Assembly: GCA_000004985.1 (NCBI GenBank)
Contig: GG738854.1
DNA from: Naegleria gruberi
Taxonomy: Eukaryota
DNA length: 64,000 nucleotides
Direction: 5' to 3' (one strand)
Positions 22,090-32,900 of this stretch are shown piece by piece. The position numbers were made by a program, and so were the translations under genes. The notes under the pieces were generated by a model. That model worked only from the letters and a program-made list of their open reading frames with translations. It was not told the origin of the DNA and searched no databases. Each line of letters opens with the position of its first letter. Positions within the stretch are counted from its first letter, which is position 1.

Positions 22090-25000
22090 ATGCTTCAACA
22101 AGCCAAGAAGAGAAAGGCTGAGGATTACACATCTGCCGCGGGGGATGAAACTCTGCCACGTAGATCATCTCATGATCCGCAATATATCATCGATAGAGAA
22201 GAATTAGAGAAAGTTAGAATTGATGCACTCTATAAAATTGATGAAGAACGTAGAAAGAATCAACAAAAGAGAAGGGAACTTGAAGTATTGGAAAAGGCAG
22301 GAAAAGATAATAGTAGCAGTAGTAATAGTGCGTATCATAATAACAAGGTGAAGGAAATTTTGCAATCGGGTGAAAATATTATTAAATTGATGGTTGGAGG
22401 GAAAATGTTCATCACTTCAATGTCTACTCTCAATAAGAGAGATAACATGATCAAGACCATGTTGAATTCTGATTTTAAGGTTGACACTGATGAGAATGGA
22501 TGTATTTTGTTGAATGATAGTAATCCAGAGTATTTTCCAATAATTTTAGAACACATTCGTACAGGTATGTTTTAGAAATAGTTCTTTTTGATCTTTTTTA
22601 GGAAGTACAAATTATGTTGGTCTTTGGGAAAATTCTAATGAAGAAAATATTGAAAAGTTAAAGGAATTATTGGTGGAATCTGATTACTTTGGTACAGGCA
22701 AGTTGAGTGCCAAAATTGCAAATCTAATTAAAGAATTCAATGCTGACCAAAATAATAACAAACCTAATGAATCAAATAATGAAATGGTCGACGAAGTAGT
22801 AAAACCTAAACCAGTTTCAAAGAAAACTAATCTCGATTCTGACCAAGATGCAAGTGATGAAAAATGGTTGGAAAAGTTCAAACAACTTACTCTACAGGAA
22901 AAGACAGTTATGGATGAATTTATGAAAAAGACTGAGGATGAGATAGAAAAGGAAAGAGAAGAGCTTAGACAAAGGGAAGCCTCTCTCAAAAAAGAACCAA
23001 TTACTTTCAATGTTAGAGGTGTGAAATTTGTCTGTGGTATTGAAAAGTTACTTGTGCACACAGAAAGCATCTTTCCACAACTTGCTCTTGCAAGCTCCAA
23101 TAATGAAATTTTCCTTGACAGAGATAGTGAAATATTCTCTGTTGTCTTTGAATTTTTGGAGAGTGCCACGTTTAACTCTGTCCCAAAAGACATATCAAAG
23201 AGAAAACTTGTTTACAAGGAAGCCAGAGAGTTTAAACTTAAGGGACTTTTGGAATTTTTAGATCCTCTTCGATATCCTATTGAGGATGTTGGTGCTGAAA
23301 ATCTTAAAATCAAGAAGGACGAAGACTTTTTGAGAAATCTTTATGTCTCAGAAAGAGAAAATCCAATTTTAGCTGATCCTTACATTCATTTGGTTAATGT
23401 ATTCGGTAGCGAACACGCCACAAGAACATTGTTCGATCAATGTGATCCCCCTCAAACTGTTCCTATGATCTTTGACTTTGAAAATCCAATTGAGGTAAGT
23501 ATTTTGTATTTTTCATAATTGTAATTTTTGTATTTTTCCTTTTAGGCTTCTGAGCTTATCAATGAGTTTTCAAATTTATTGCTTCCTCCAGTCCCAAAAC
23601 TCTGCTCTACAAGAGCAGAATTTTTCACGCAATTTAATGCCTTAACATGTGGCATCTTTAAGGACATGGATTGGTCAAATGTGTTTGTTGCTGGTATGTA
23701 TCACTTCAATTCTATAATACTTAATATTTAAATTAGGTGGTGGTATTTTGGCTTGTATGTTAAAAGCTGATCTTGAAAGAGAGGACTTGATAGAATCCAA
23801 TAGGAACAGGAGGTTTAGAAGCAGATTCTCCACACCTATTAGCATAGAAAAGCCAAAAAAAAAGATATTATATGAAGAAGATGATGGTTCTGAATCTGAT
23901 CAAGATCAAGTAGATACAGATGGTTATTTTACATCTTCATCTTCTGAAGAAAGTGAGCCAGTTTCCCATTACTCATTCTTCGGCAATGTAACACAAGAAA
24001 AAGAAAAAGATTTAGACAAACAACTTTTCGAATATTTCCAAAAATCATATTGGAAAAATAGTGATATTGATTTATTCCTCTATGGATTAAATGAAAAGGA
24101 AGCTGAAAACAAAATAGTCTACCTTTATAATTTATTTAAAAAGAATTTAGCTGACATTCCAAATTACGCAAGAAAAACAGGAGAAGAGAGCCATGAAGAT
24201 ATCTTGTTGCTTAGAACTGAAAATGCTATTACATTTAAATTTATTAGCTCTGTAAGAACAGTGCAAGTGATTTTGAGAATTTACAAAGCTCCAGTAAGTT
24301 TTAATAATTTTGAGAATTTACAAATCTTTTGGTAAACAAAAGGCTGAAGTGTTAATGGGTTTTGATGTGAATTGCTGTTGTGTTGGCTTTGATGGCTCTC
24401 AAGTCTATGCGTTACCAAGAGCCATTCAAGCAATCAAAACAAGATGTAATATTGTGGATCCAGATCGTCAATCAACTACGTAAGTATCATTATAATTGTA
24501 CTATGTAACATTGTCAATTTAGATACGAACTAAGACTCGCAAAATATGCACTAAGAGGTTTTAGAATAGGTGTGGCTGGGTTTGATGAAAAACGTATCCA
24601 GAACGATCTTTTAATTACGGATTGCTTTTATAAACCAAATAGAAGAAGATATGTTCAACCAAAAACGGTGGCAAAGCTTAGCAATGTGACTGGTCTTGCA
24701 AAAATTCTCCTTCTCAGACACTCTTATAAGCATTCAAAATTTAGAGCTGGCCTTAAAAGTATTGGAGGAGGAAAGGATGTTGACTCTGCTGAAAAAATGA
24801 TCTCCAAGTCCAAATACCATGACTATGTGCAAGTCAATGTTTCACGTCGTTACTTCTTTGGTTCAAATGAACAACAGTTTGTTACAGCTAGTCAATATTT
24901 CGAACATATTAACAGCAGGACAGAATATCTTATTGAAGAAGCCAAAAAGAAATTATTCTTTGAATATTCGTTAAATAACATTAATGAAATAATTTCAACA

Positions 25001-25447
25001 ACACAACCAAAAAGTGACCTGCCACTACACTTGGAATGGATAACCTATGACCCAGGTCGTCAATATGTTGTAGGAAGTTTCCATCCACACAAACTGAACT
25101 TTTTCAAAGATGCATATACTCATGCTGAAACTGAGTGCAAAGCACAAGGAAAGAAAAAGATGAGTAAATATATTTGGCATATATCAGGAAGAGGATATAG
25201 AACAACTCTGAATGCAGAAGAATCCAAAAAAGTCGAAACTGCTTACAGACTCTATAATAAGGGAGGTCAGGAAGAATATGTGTTAAATAATGGTAAAATC
25301 ATTAATTTCGATACAATGCAGGTACCTTCAGGCAGTGGATGGCGTCGTTATAGAGTATTCAGAACTTCTGATTCTTCAATTTACGTCAAGTCGACTTCAG
25401 ACACAGTCACAGATATACACGAAGTTTTGGATGTAGAAGAAAAATAA
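22090..25447 (+). CDS. Double BTB/POZ (KCTD/T1-type) domain protein with a conserved-looking C-terminal domain. The 6 exons are 22090..22564, 22602..23494, 23546..23693, 23737..24293, 24343..24479 and 24523..25447.
   Basis: The start is ATG at 22090. BTB 1 is IIKLMVGGKMFITSMSTLNKRDNMI..NPEYFPIILEHIRTG, split by intron 22565..22601. BTB 2 is ITFNVRGVKFVCGIEKLLVHTESIF..FLDRDSEIFSVVFEFLESATF. The C-terminal region contains DIDLFLYGL and GFDVNCCCVGFDGSQVYALPRAI. The introns 23495..23545, 23694..23736, 24294..24342 and 24480..24522 are all GT..AG and each is needed to bypass a stop. The last acceptor could instead be at 24564 (an 85-nt intron), which is also in frame. Confidence 0.7.
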
Positions 25448-25640
25448 AAAACTCGAGTATCAAATTGAAAGTGAATCCGAATTGAAGAAGTGGTGTATTT
25501 TGTAAATATTAAGATGTGCCATCTTGTGAAGGTTTGTGATGGTATGGATTAATTTCCAAAGAAGATGAAGAACCTGGACCACTCCCAGCACTACTCAAGG
25601 TCACAAACTCCTTCTTTTTATTGATTGTATTAAGATGAAT

Positions 25641-25760
25641 GGCTACGGCCATATCACGATGAATACACCTCATCCCGTCCGATTTGAGAAGTTAAGCATC
25701 GTCTAGCCATATCAGTACTGAGGTTGGAGACAACTTGGGAACCTGTGGTGCTGTAGTCTT
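25641..25760 (+). rRNA. 5S ribosomal RNA gene, about 119 nt, followed by a T4 Pol III terminator.
   Basis: The sequence is GGCTACGGCCATATCACGATGAATACACCTCATCCCGTCCGATTTGAGAAGTTAAGCATCGTCTAGCCATATCAGTACTGAGGTTGGAGACAACTTGGGAACCTGTGGTGCTGTAGTC. It matches the universal 5S architecture: the 5' GGCUACGGCCAUA pairs with the 3' GCUGUAGUC (helix I); the loop C/box C-like segment is CCGTCCGAT..GAAGTTAAGC; the run GUACU..GGUUGGAGACAAC..GGGAAC..GGUGCUGUA is conserved. The TTTT follows at 25759-25762. Confidence 0.8.
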
Positions 25761-26608
25761 TTAGATTTAAGAGGAAGTTGATGATAAATATTTCTAATTT
25801 CTTTTGTTGACTTGATTGAGTATTGGAAGAGATGTGGTTTGAGAAAAAAAATGAGAGTGTTGGGATTCAATCCTTTTTAAGAAGTGTTCATAGTTCCAAT
25901 ATTTTTGTTTGTTGGTTTAGTGACCGGGGATCAATTTGTTTGTAAAAGTGTACCCAAGGTATGAACGAGAGTTTTGCCTGTGATTGAAAAACCACCAGTG
26001 AATGATGACTGTAACATTACATTACATTCATATTGAAAAAATTCCTTAATTCACCTTAGACCAATGTCCTTTCTGAATAAGTGGAAATGATTTCAAGTCT
26101 GTTTTAAAAAAAAGAATTAACCATAAGGCAGTGAACATTACCTGTGTTTAAACAATCTGAAGGTTAGAGAGATTGTGAACACTTACTAAATTTGAGCGTG
26201 TAGTGTAATTCTAACATCACTATCAGCTCATTTATCTGAAGTGTTGGTGAAACCCATGCCTTTTTACCTCTGTAAAAATTTTAATTTGCACTTCACTTCC
26301 TAATATTCTTAAGAGCAATGTTTGCCATATGAAGAGGTTGGATCATACGTAGAAAGTGTTTTTAAAGTTCACATAATGTTTTCATGGTTCATTTTACAAT
26401 TCTTCTATCTATTTTTAAGCATGATGACGAAATTTTCATCATCATTACAAAAAGTATGATGTCAACATCTCCGAAATTAAAATGCTGATAATGAAGACAC
26501 ATTTTCATTCAAATAATGCACATTGAATGATATTCTTGGAAAAAAAAGACAATTTGCAAACAAGCAATTCAACTAACAACTTATAACAATTCTAACAACT
26601 CAAACAAA

Positions 26609-27157
26609 ATGGACTTTTTCAAAAAGATTGGTCAATTCTTCTCTGGATGGCTCAGAGGTTTATTCGAAAATAAGGAAGCCAAGATTCTATTCCTTGGTTT
26701 GGATGCAGCTGGTAAAACTTCAGCTCTATATAAGATTCAATTAGATGAAAATGTCAGCACCATTCCAACCATTGGTTTCAATGCTGAAGTGTTACAATAT
26801 AAGAAGGTAACTTTTAGAGTGTTTGATATTGGTGGTCAGGATAAGATTAGAAAGTTATGGAGACACTATTATCAATCGACGAATGCTATCATTTTCATTG
26901 TCGATTCCAATGATAATGAGAGATTTAAAGAAGCTGCCGAAACCTTACGGGAAGTTATGCAGGATGATCTGTTGAAAGATGCCAAGTTATTGGTGTGGGC
27001 TAATAAGCAAGATTTGCCAAGAGCTGCCAATGTTAAAGATATGGTCAATACTTTGAAATTACACGAGATTAAGCAAGAATGGTTTATACAACCATGTAGT
27101 GCCCTGTCTGGCACTGGATTATTCGAAGGTTTGGATTGGTTATCCAGTAAATTATAA
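26609..27157 (+). CDS. ARF-like (Arl/Arf family) small GTPase, 182 aa, single exon.
   Basis: The start is ATG at 26609. G1 is [11 protein letters not shown]3 is DIGGQ and G4 is NKQD. An N-terminal amphipathic helix ([14 protein letters not shown]) is typical of Arf/Arl proteins. Confidence 0.9.
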   Translation: MDFFKKIGQFFSGWLRGLFENKEAKILFLGLDAAGKTSALYKIQLDENVSTIPTIGFNAEVLQYKKVTFRVFDIGGQDKIRKLWRHYYQSTNAIIFIVDSNDNERFKEAAETLREVMQDDLLKDAKLLVWANKQDLPRAANVKDMVNTLKLHEIKQEWFIQPCSALSGTGLFEGLDWLSSKL

Positions 27158-27275
27158 ATGAAAACATTGATATCTCATAATTCAAACTTGTCAAATAGGA
27201 TTGTCATCATATTAGCCTCCTTCAATTCGAATCCATTATTGCACAACAATTCCCACAATGCAAATGTAGAATTGG

Positions 27276-27500
27276 TCAAAAATCATCAGCACTTTGACTC
27301 GAATTTAAGACAACTTGAGAAATTTGTTGTCCTACGGCTTCTCTTACATCAATGCATTCCTTGGTTGGTTTCTTGGCGGTAACCTTGGCACCCAATGGAA
27401 TTCCTTTAATTTCACCTTGAACCATAGCAGAAACTGCCGAAAGTTGTGCTAGTTCATAGGCAGAGAATTGTTGCTCTTCTACACTTCTTGATTGGAACAA
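27276..27500 (-). CDS. Small ORF of 74 codons, unknown function, relatively GC-rich. Probably the 3' exon of a small gene. There is no ATG at its 5' end.
   Basis: The frame is open with non-low-complexity sequence (SAYELAQLSAVSAMVQGEIKGIPLGAKVTAKKPTKE). The codon composition resembles highly expressed dictyostelid genes. A ccaccag acceptor-like site lies just upstream. No start exon was located. Confidence 0.25.
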   Translation of the reverse strand: MFQSRSVEEQQFSAYELAQLSAVSAMVQGEIKGIPLGAKVTAKKPTKECIDVREAVGQQISQVVLNSSQSADDF

Positions 27501-28039
27501 TGTTAGCTGGTGGAGGTGGAGTTGGTATTTTGATTATTGTTAAAATTGTTTTTTTGTTTTGGATAAATTTGATCGTTTATTTATCAACCACAAGTTTCTC
27601 TTTCTAAATAGATAAAATTCAAAGATGATAAATAAATGGTCACGTAGCAAGCTTTTCAAAACAACAAACTTACTGAACCAACAATCAATAGATTCGTTGC
27701 CTTCACCGTTCATACAGTCAAAGACTGTAGCGGGATTGTCGCCATATTCCTGGCAGGCTTCCCGTCTAAAATTACAAAATGAAAAACTATTTCCAAGATT
27801 TCAAATTTTTTCTCCATTGATTTTCTTAAGAAGAATATTCTAATTATTGTTTCTTCACTTATCAGTATTCTTCATTGTAATTGAACGCGAAGAAAAATTG
27901 TCAAAAAATAAAATTTATGTTCTCCATTCTCTAGATAGATGTTTTGAATTCAACCTTTTCATTGAGGCTATATTCTACATCATCAGTACCAACTGTTTCA
28001 AAATTATTCCAAGCCAATAACTTATTCTAATCTCTTCAT

Positions 28040-29244
28040 TCAATCAATTGGTCTTAAGGCAGATGATTTTCTTCCATTATTATTATTTGAACCTTTTGGC
28101 ATGAGATATTTCTTAATCTCAATAATGTCATCTTTCAATTCTTTCAAATCTCTAGCTTGTTTGTCCTGTCTTTGAAGTACCATACATATTAAATTACCCA
28201 AATGAGTAATATCATTATTATTATTATGATGAATTGAAGGATTTGACTTGTATGGTTGAAGCTCCATAGCTGTGGAATTGTCAACTAAACTTGTACTATC
28301 AGCTTGATTAATTTCCTCATCATCTTTAACCAATTCAGAAGCAACAATGGATTCGTCAATACCTTCATCATTAATAATTGAACGATGATTAAATCCAGTT
28401 GAGTTATGACCAGAATTATGATGAGGAAGTGGAGAAGTTGAAAAAAGGTCATCATTCATGCTATGTTCATTGAAAAACAATCCAGGTGAATGTTTAGAAA
28501 GGAATGGTGAATCATCTCCAACATTTCCATCCATCATCATTAAATCAGCACCACCACTATTATTTTGATGATAATGATGATAATTATTTAATAAATTTGA
28601 TGATGATGAAGAAGGTGTAGTGACCAATGATGTTGTAGTATGATGGTTGTTATTTATTGAATCGGTTACATCAACAATTTGATTGAAACTTGCTGCTGCC
28701 AAAGAAGAGGCAGGATAACCATTCACAAAATTTGTAGATGAGCCTGTACTAGTACTAGTGGTTGTTGTTGGTTGAAGTGCAAGTGCAGCTGGATTAGAAC
28801 CAGCTCCTGTTGTTGTTGGCATTACTAAATTATGATGATGAAACATGGCTGCTGCATTAAAAGCACCAACTCCTCCAGCTGTTGTTGGAAGTAAAATCAT
28901 GGGACAAAATTGGTGATTAGGAATCAAGGCTAATTGTTGTTGTGTTGTTGATGTTGTTGTTGCTGCTGTTGCTGTTGCTGTTGAACAGGAACATAATCAA
29001 CACATTCAATATGTTTGGTAATACATCTCTGACATGGTCTCTCATGAGAACATTTAACTTTAGCCTTGTGGCAACTTATACAGGCTCTTTTAGTATAGGG
29101 TGTTTTAACGACACGTTTGTTTTTTGTATTGTTGGTATCATTATCGGGAGGTGAAGTTGTTGTTGTTGATTGCTCTGAATCATCTGATTGTTGTTGTTGC
29201 TGCAGTGTATTTGTGCTACCACCACGTGATGTGCTTTTGGGCAT
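28040..29244 (-). CDS. Zn(II)2Cys6 (Gal4-type) binuclear-cluster transcription factor with poly-Gln and poly-Thr tracts. There is a reading-frame discontinuity inside the (CAA/CAG)n tract at about 28930-28990.
   Basis: ATG is at 29244. The zinc cluster is CISCHKAKVKCSHERPCQRCITKHIEC (Cx2Cx6Cx6Cx2Cx6C). The first frame stops (TAG) at 28930 right after QQQQQQQQQQHQQHNNN. A second frame stays open through the same CAA repeat and continues 295 codons to 28040. The two frames are offset by one nucleotide. Confidence 0.65.
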
Positions 29245-29551
29245 TTGTTTTTTTGAGTTGTTGGTTGAATTTGAACGAATTCACTTTTTGAACAGAATAT
29301 TTATTATTAGAATAGGAAATTGGTTTCCTATACTTCCGAAAGATTCCTTCGAGCTCAACTTCCGAAATTTTATTGTTTTTCAAATACTGCTAATTTCATT
29401 GTTCCTTAAAGATTACATTGTATTGAAACACACAATTAAATATTTTAATATTTTAATATATTTACTTTTGACTTGATGTGTTTAATAAATTTTCGTTAGG
29501 ATTTTATCTGTTAATTGATTGGATGGAAATGAAAAATTTAAAAGAAAAAAA

Positions 29552-30559
29552 ATGAGAAGATCCACTGCACAGTTATTTCAATTCATGGCTAGGCAATCAT
29601 CATGCCTCAATAAGAAGCCTTCCAATATTTTAAATAATTACATGATGAATAATAACTTGTTAATTACAAGAGTAGTTGTACAACAACAACATTTTGCTAC
29701 TCATAATAGTAAATTATTTGCATCGGATAATTCCGAAATTAATGATATGGAAATTAAATCTTGGGAAATTATTAGAAATAAAGTGCCATCTCATCTTCCA
29801 AAAGGATCAAGTAAATACTTGAAAGAATTAGATAGACTAATCTATCAATATGTATCCAAGACTAGAAGAGGATCAACAAAGAATACAATTCATGATGTCA
29901 CTCTTATTAATTCACTTGCTAAACTATCGGAAACTTTAAAGAAAGGAGAAGAGAAGAATAATTTAGGAGTTTATTTGGAATTAATTAATATTTCATGTTA
30001 TTTTGGCTATTTACCATTTGCTTTACATTTGGTTAACAGTGTTCATAGTCAATTTAAATTTACATTAGATTACAAAACATATAGAGATATTGTGAATTGT
30101 TTTATTGAAAATGAGAAATTTGATGAATGTTTCAATTTTATTGTTGACTTGGAGGATAAACATGGATTAAGACCAAATTATCAACTTTACTTACCTTTAT
30201 ATTTGTCAATGAAAGAAATTCTTTCTGAAAATGACAAGAAGGCTCAAAACTACATGATTTCAACTGCAATTCTTAATCAAATGATTCCAAGATTATCAGA
30301 AGACCAAAAATTATTAAACGACGTTTTAAGTCGTGATAAGTTCACAACAGGATTGTTGGGAAGAAATGTAGCATCTCATGAAGATGATCCTCGTTCTGGT
30401 CTTGGATATTACCAAGAGTACGATCAATTAGGGGATCACCACCATCATTATCATTGTGGTGATGAATCTTGTGCAGCTCCTCATTCAGAATTAAATTGGT
30501 GGGAACCAAATGAAAGAGATTTACTCACTTTCAAAAATGAGTGGGAACACAAACATTAA
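29552..30559 (+). CDS. Hypothetical protein. It has a basic N-terminus (possible mitochondrial presequence), helical repeat-like middle region and a His-rich C-terminus.
   Basis: The ORF is open from 29519, with the first ATG at 29552 (MRRSTAQLFQFMARQSS). It contains the HHHHYHCGDESC cluster. No confident domain was assigned. Confidence 0.45.
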   Translation: MRRSTAQLFQFMARQSSCLNKKPSNILNNYMMNNNLLITRVVVQQQHFATHNSKLFASDNSEINDMEIKSWEIIRNKVPSHLPKGSSKYLKELDRLIYQYVSKTRRGSTKNTIHDVTLINSLAKLSETLKKGEEKNNLGVYLELINISCYFGYLPFALHLVNSVHSQFKFTLDYKTYRDIVNCFIENEKFDECFNFIVDLEDKHGLRPNYQLYLPLYLSMKEILSENDKKAQNYMISTAILNQMIPRLSEDQKLLNDVLSRDKFTTGLLGRNVASHEDDPRSGLGYYQEYDQLGDHHHHYHCGDESCAAPHSELNWWEPNERDLLTFKNEWEHKH

Positions 30560-30585
30560 AGCAAATACTTTAACAATAACATAAT

Positions 30586-32688
30586 TTACTTTACATTTAG
30601 AAAATAGTCAATTCGTTTTTGTTTCTTATTTGGTTTTTCGTAGGGGTTGATTCTATACCACTTTTCGTTTACAACAATTTCGTTCCTCTCCATAATATGT
30701 GAAATAAATTTTTGTCCTGCTCCTGATACTTCACTCGGCATTTGTCCTTCATTATTGCAAATACTCAATAAATTTGGATAGCATTCCAATATTTCTTCTA
30801 CAACCTCATAATCCAAATCAAATTTATCACTTGCAAACTGATGAAGAAGTGTTGAACCATGTTCATCTTGATAGGCAAGCTCTTCTTCTTCCATGCAATC
30901 TATTCCAAAATCATCCCCTGTGATATGAGAAAAAAGTTGATAAGTATTCAAAAAGGACAAATAGGGTCTAAAGAAATAACTTCTCAAGTTATTGTTATCC
31001 TTAAAAATTATCCAAGCCTTATCCAATATTATGATACAATAATCTTCAGCATTGTTTTTGTTGAAGGAGAGAGAGTTTCTAAGTACATCAATAGCTCTAT
31101 ATTTTTCCATTTTAGTAATTGGGTCGAAATTAAAATCCAAACATGGTTTAAAATCAAGAGTATATTTTTGAAAAGTACTTCGAAGATAATTAGTGTAAGG
31201 TTGTAAGAATGTTGGAGCTTCAAAAGCAGTATAAAAATAATGCAATTCAGGTATATAACATTCAAATAAGGAATGTCCATGTTTGAAAATAGAGTCCAAC
31301 ATTTTTTTCATATTTGAAAGATCTAAACGGTAAAACGAATGTTCACTGGTCATTTGTGAGAACATTAGTGGATGATATTCAGTCAATTCAAACAAATTCA
31401 CTTCAATAACGGGTTTGCCCTCTTCCTCATAGCTAATTCTCTTACAAAAATCTCTTTTGTGAAGAGTAATTTGGTAGCTCTCTGAATTGTTGAAATACTC
31501 AACAAATCTAAGAGTAATTCTTGCATCAACAAATAAACAGTAGATATCCAATTTTTGTTCGAATAATCCTCTTAAGTCTACTAAATCTTGTATCATTACT
31601 GTTGGTCTATAAATTTTCAATTCTTTTCTATTGTCACAAAAATCAATTCTATTCATCAATGGAATTCGTACTTCTTTCAATCCAAAAGCTGAGAAATGGT
31701 TGAGAGAATATACCTCGCTTATTTCATTCAAAATTGGAGCACATCGAATGTATCTAAGTTTGTTATAATTAGTAAGGCAAAGATCTTTTCTATTAATTTT
31801 AGGATGCATAATGTACAATGAATCAGTTAAGGGATTTTTCATAAATTCTCTTTTTGATAATTCTAAACTAGCTCTAACATATTTTCTTTCTCCAAAATCA
31901 TCATCATAAATATATAGAGTATCCAATTGTAAAATTCGTTTTTTCATCATTAAAGCATATTCTCTATTAATCAATCTCATCTTGACACAAGTCATAAATT
32001 CATTATCCACTCTTTTCATACAGGCTGGATTTAATTTCTTTTCCCATAGTCTAGTATTACAATCATCATCACAATGTTTTTCATAAAATTCATCTTGGCT
32101 AATGCCCATTTGCTCACAAGTTATTTTCACATTTCTTTCCATCATTTTGATTCTTTCTGGTTTTGAATAAGTTGGAATGAATGTGATTATTTCATATTTG
32201 ATTTCAATTGGTAAATCTACCAACATTTCACTCTTTGTAATCTCAAGTTGATCATATTTCTGATTTGAAAGTGTTTTTATATCCATAGTTATCCAATGGG
32301 TGGTTACATTATTCAACATTCTATTAATCCTCTCTAATCCTAAACAATCACTTCGAATATTAGTTGACTGCCAAGCTCGAATCTGATTCTTACTGTTAAT
32401 ATCAACAAAATCAATTTGACTAATCTCTAAAACACTTCCTTTTGCACATTGATCAAATAAAAATATCTGAATAGGACTATAATATCTAATTTCATCATTA
32501 GAATATCTATCATAATTTTTTAAATTATAGGAAGGATGATTTGATAATGGACGACTAACAAGACATTCACTAGAATAAAGATGTCTCTCATCTAATACTA
32601 ATACTTCAAATTTATGTGCACTCGGGAAGGAATTTGCTGCATAGTATAACTCTGCCACCAACGATTCTTTGCTTTGGTGTCTTGTCAT
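30586..32688 (-). CDS. Hypothetical 700-aa protein, single exon, no recognisable domain.
   Basis: This is a long uninterrupted ORF beginning with ATG at 32688. Its composition is non-repetitive. The AT-rich genome context makes a chance 2.1-kb ORF very unlikely. Confidence 0.6.
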   Translation of the reverse strand: MTRHQSKESLVAELYYAANSFPSAHKFEVLVLDERHLYSSECLVSRPLSNHPSYNLKNYDRYSNDEIRYYSPIQIFLFDQCAKGSVLEISQIDFVDINSKNQIRAWQSTNIRSDCLGLERINRMLNNVTTHWITMDIKTLSNQKYDQLEITKSEMLVDLPIEIKYEIITFIPTYSKPERIKMMERNVKITCEQMGISQDEFYEKHCDDDCNTRLWEKKLNPACMKRVDNEFMTCVKMRLINREYALMMKKRILQLDTLYIYDDDFGERKYVRASLELSKREFMKNPLTDSLYIMHPKINRKDLCLTNYNKLRYIRCAPILNEISEVYSLNHFSAFGLKEVRIPLMNRIDFCDNRKELKIYRPTVMIQDLVDLRGLFEQKLDIYCLFVDARITLRFVEYFNNSESYQITLHKRDFCKRISYEEEGKPVIEVNLFELTEYHPLMFSQMTSEHSFYRLDLSNMKKMLDSIFKHGHSLFECYIPELHYFYTAFEAPTFLQPYTNYLRSTFQKYTLDFKPCLDFNFDPITKMEKYRAIDVLRNSLSFNKNNAEDYCIIILDKAWIIFKDNNNLRSYFFRPYLSFLNTYQLFSHITGDDFGIDCMEEEELAYQDEHGSTLLHQFASDKFDLDYEVVEEILECYPNLLSICNNEGQMPSEVSGAGQKFISHIMERNEIVVNEKWYRINPYEKPNKKQKRIDYFLNVK

Positions 32689-32900
32689 TTTTTTGATTTT
32701 TAGTTTCCACTTTTATATGGAAATTCGTTGCATTGTCAACTTGGCTTATTAGAATGTGGCTATTAATCAAAATCCAGCCCAGAAAATTGTTGGATAATCT
32801 CATGCAGTTCTTAAAAACCCCAAATGTTTCTTAAAAAATGGTTCATCAGAGAGATTTCAAAAGTTCATAAAAATTGGTTTAAGAAATTACATAAAATAAA

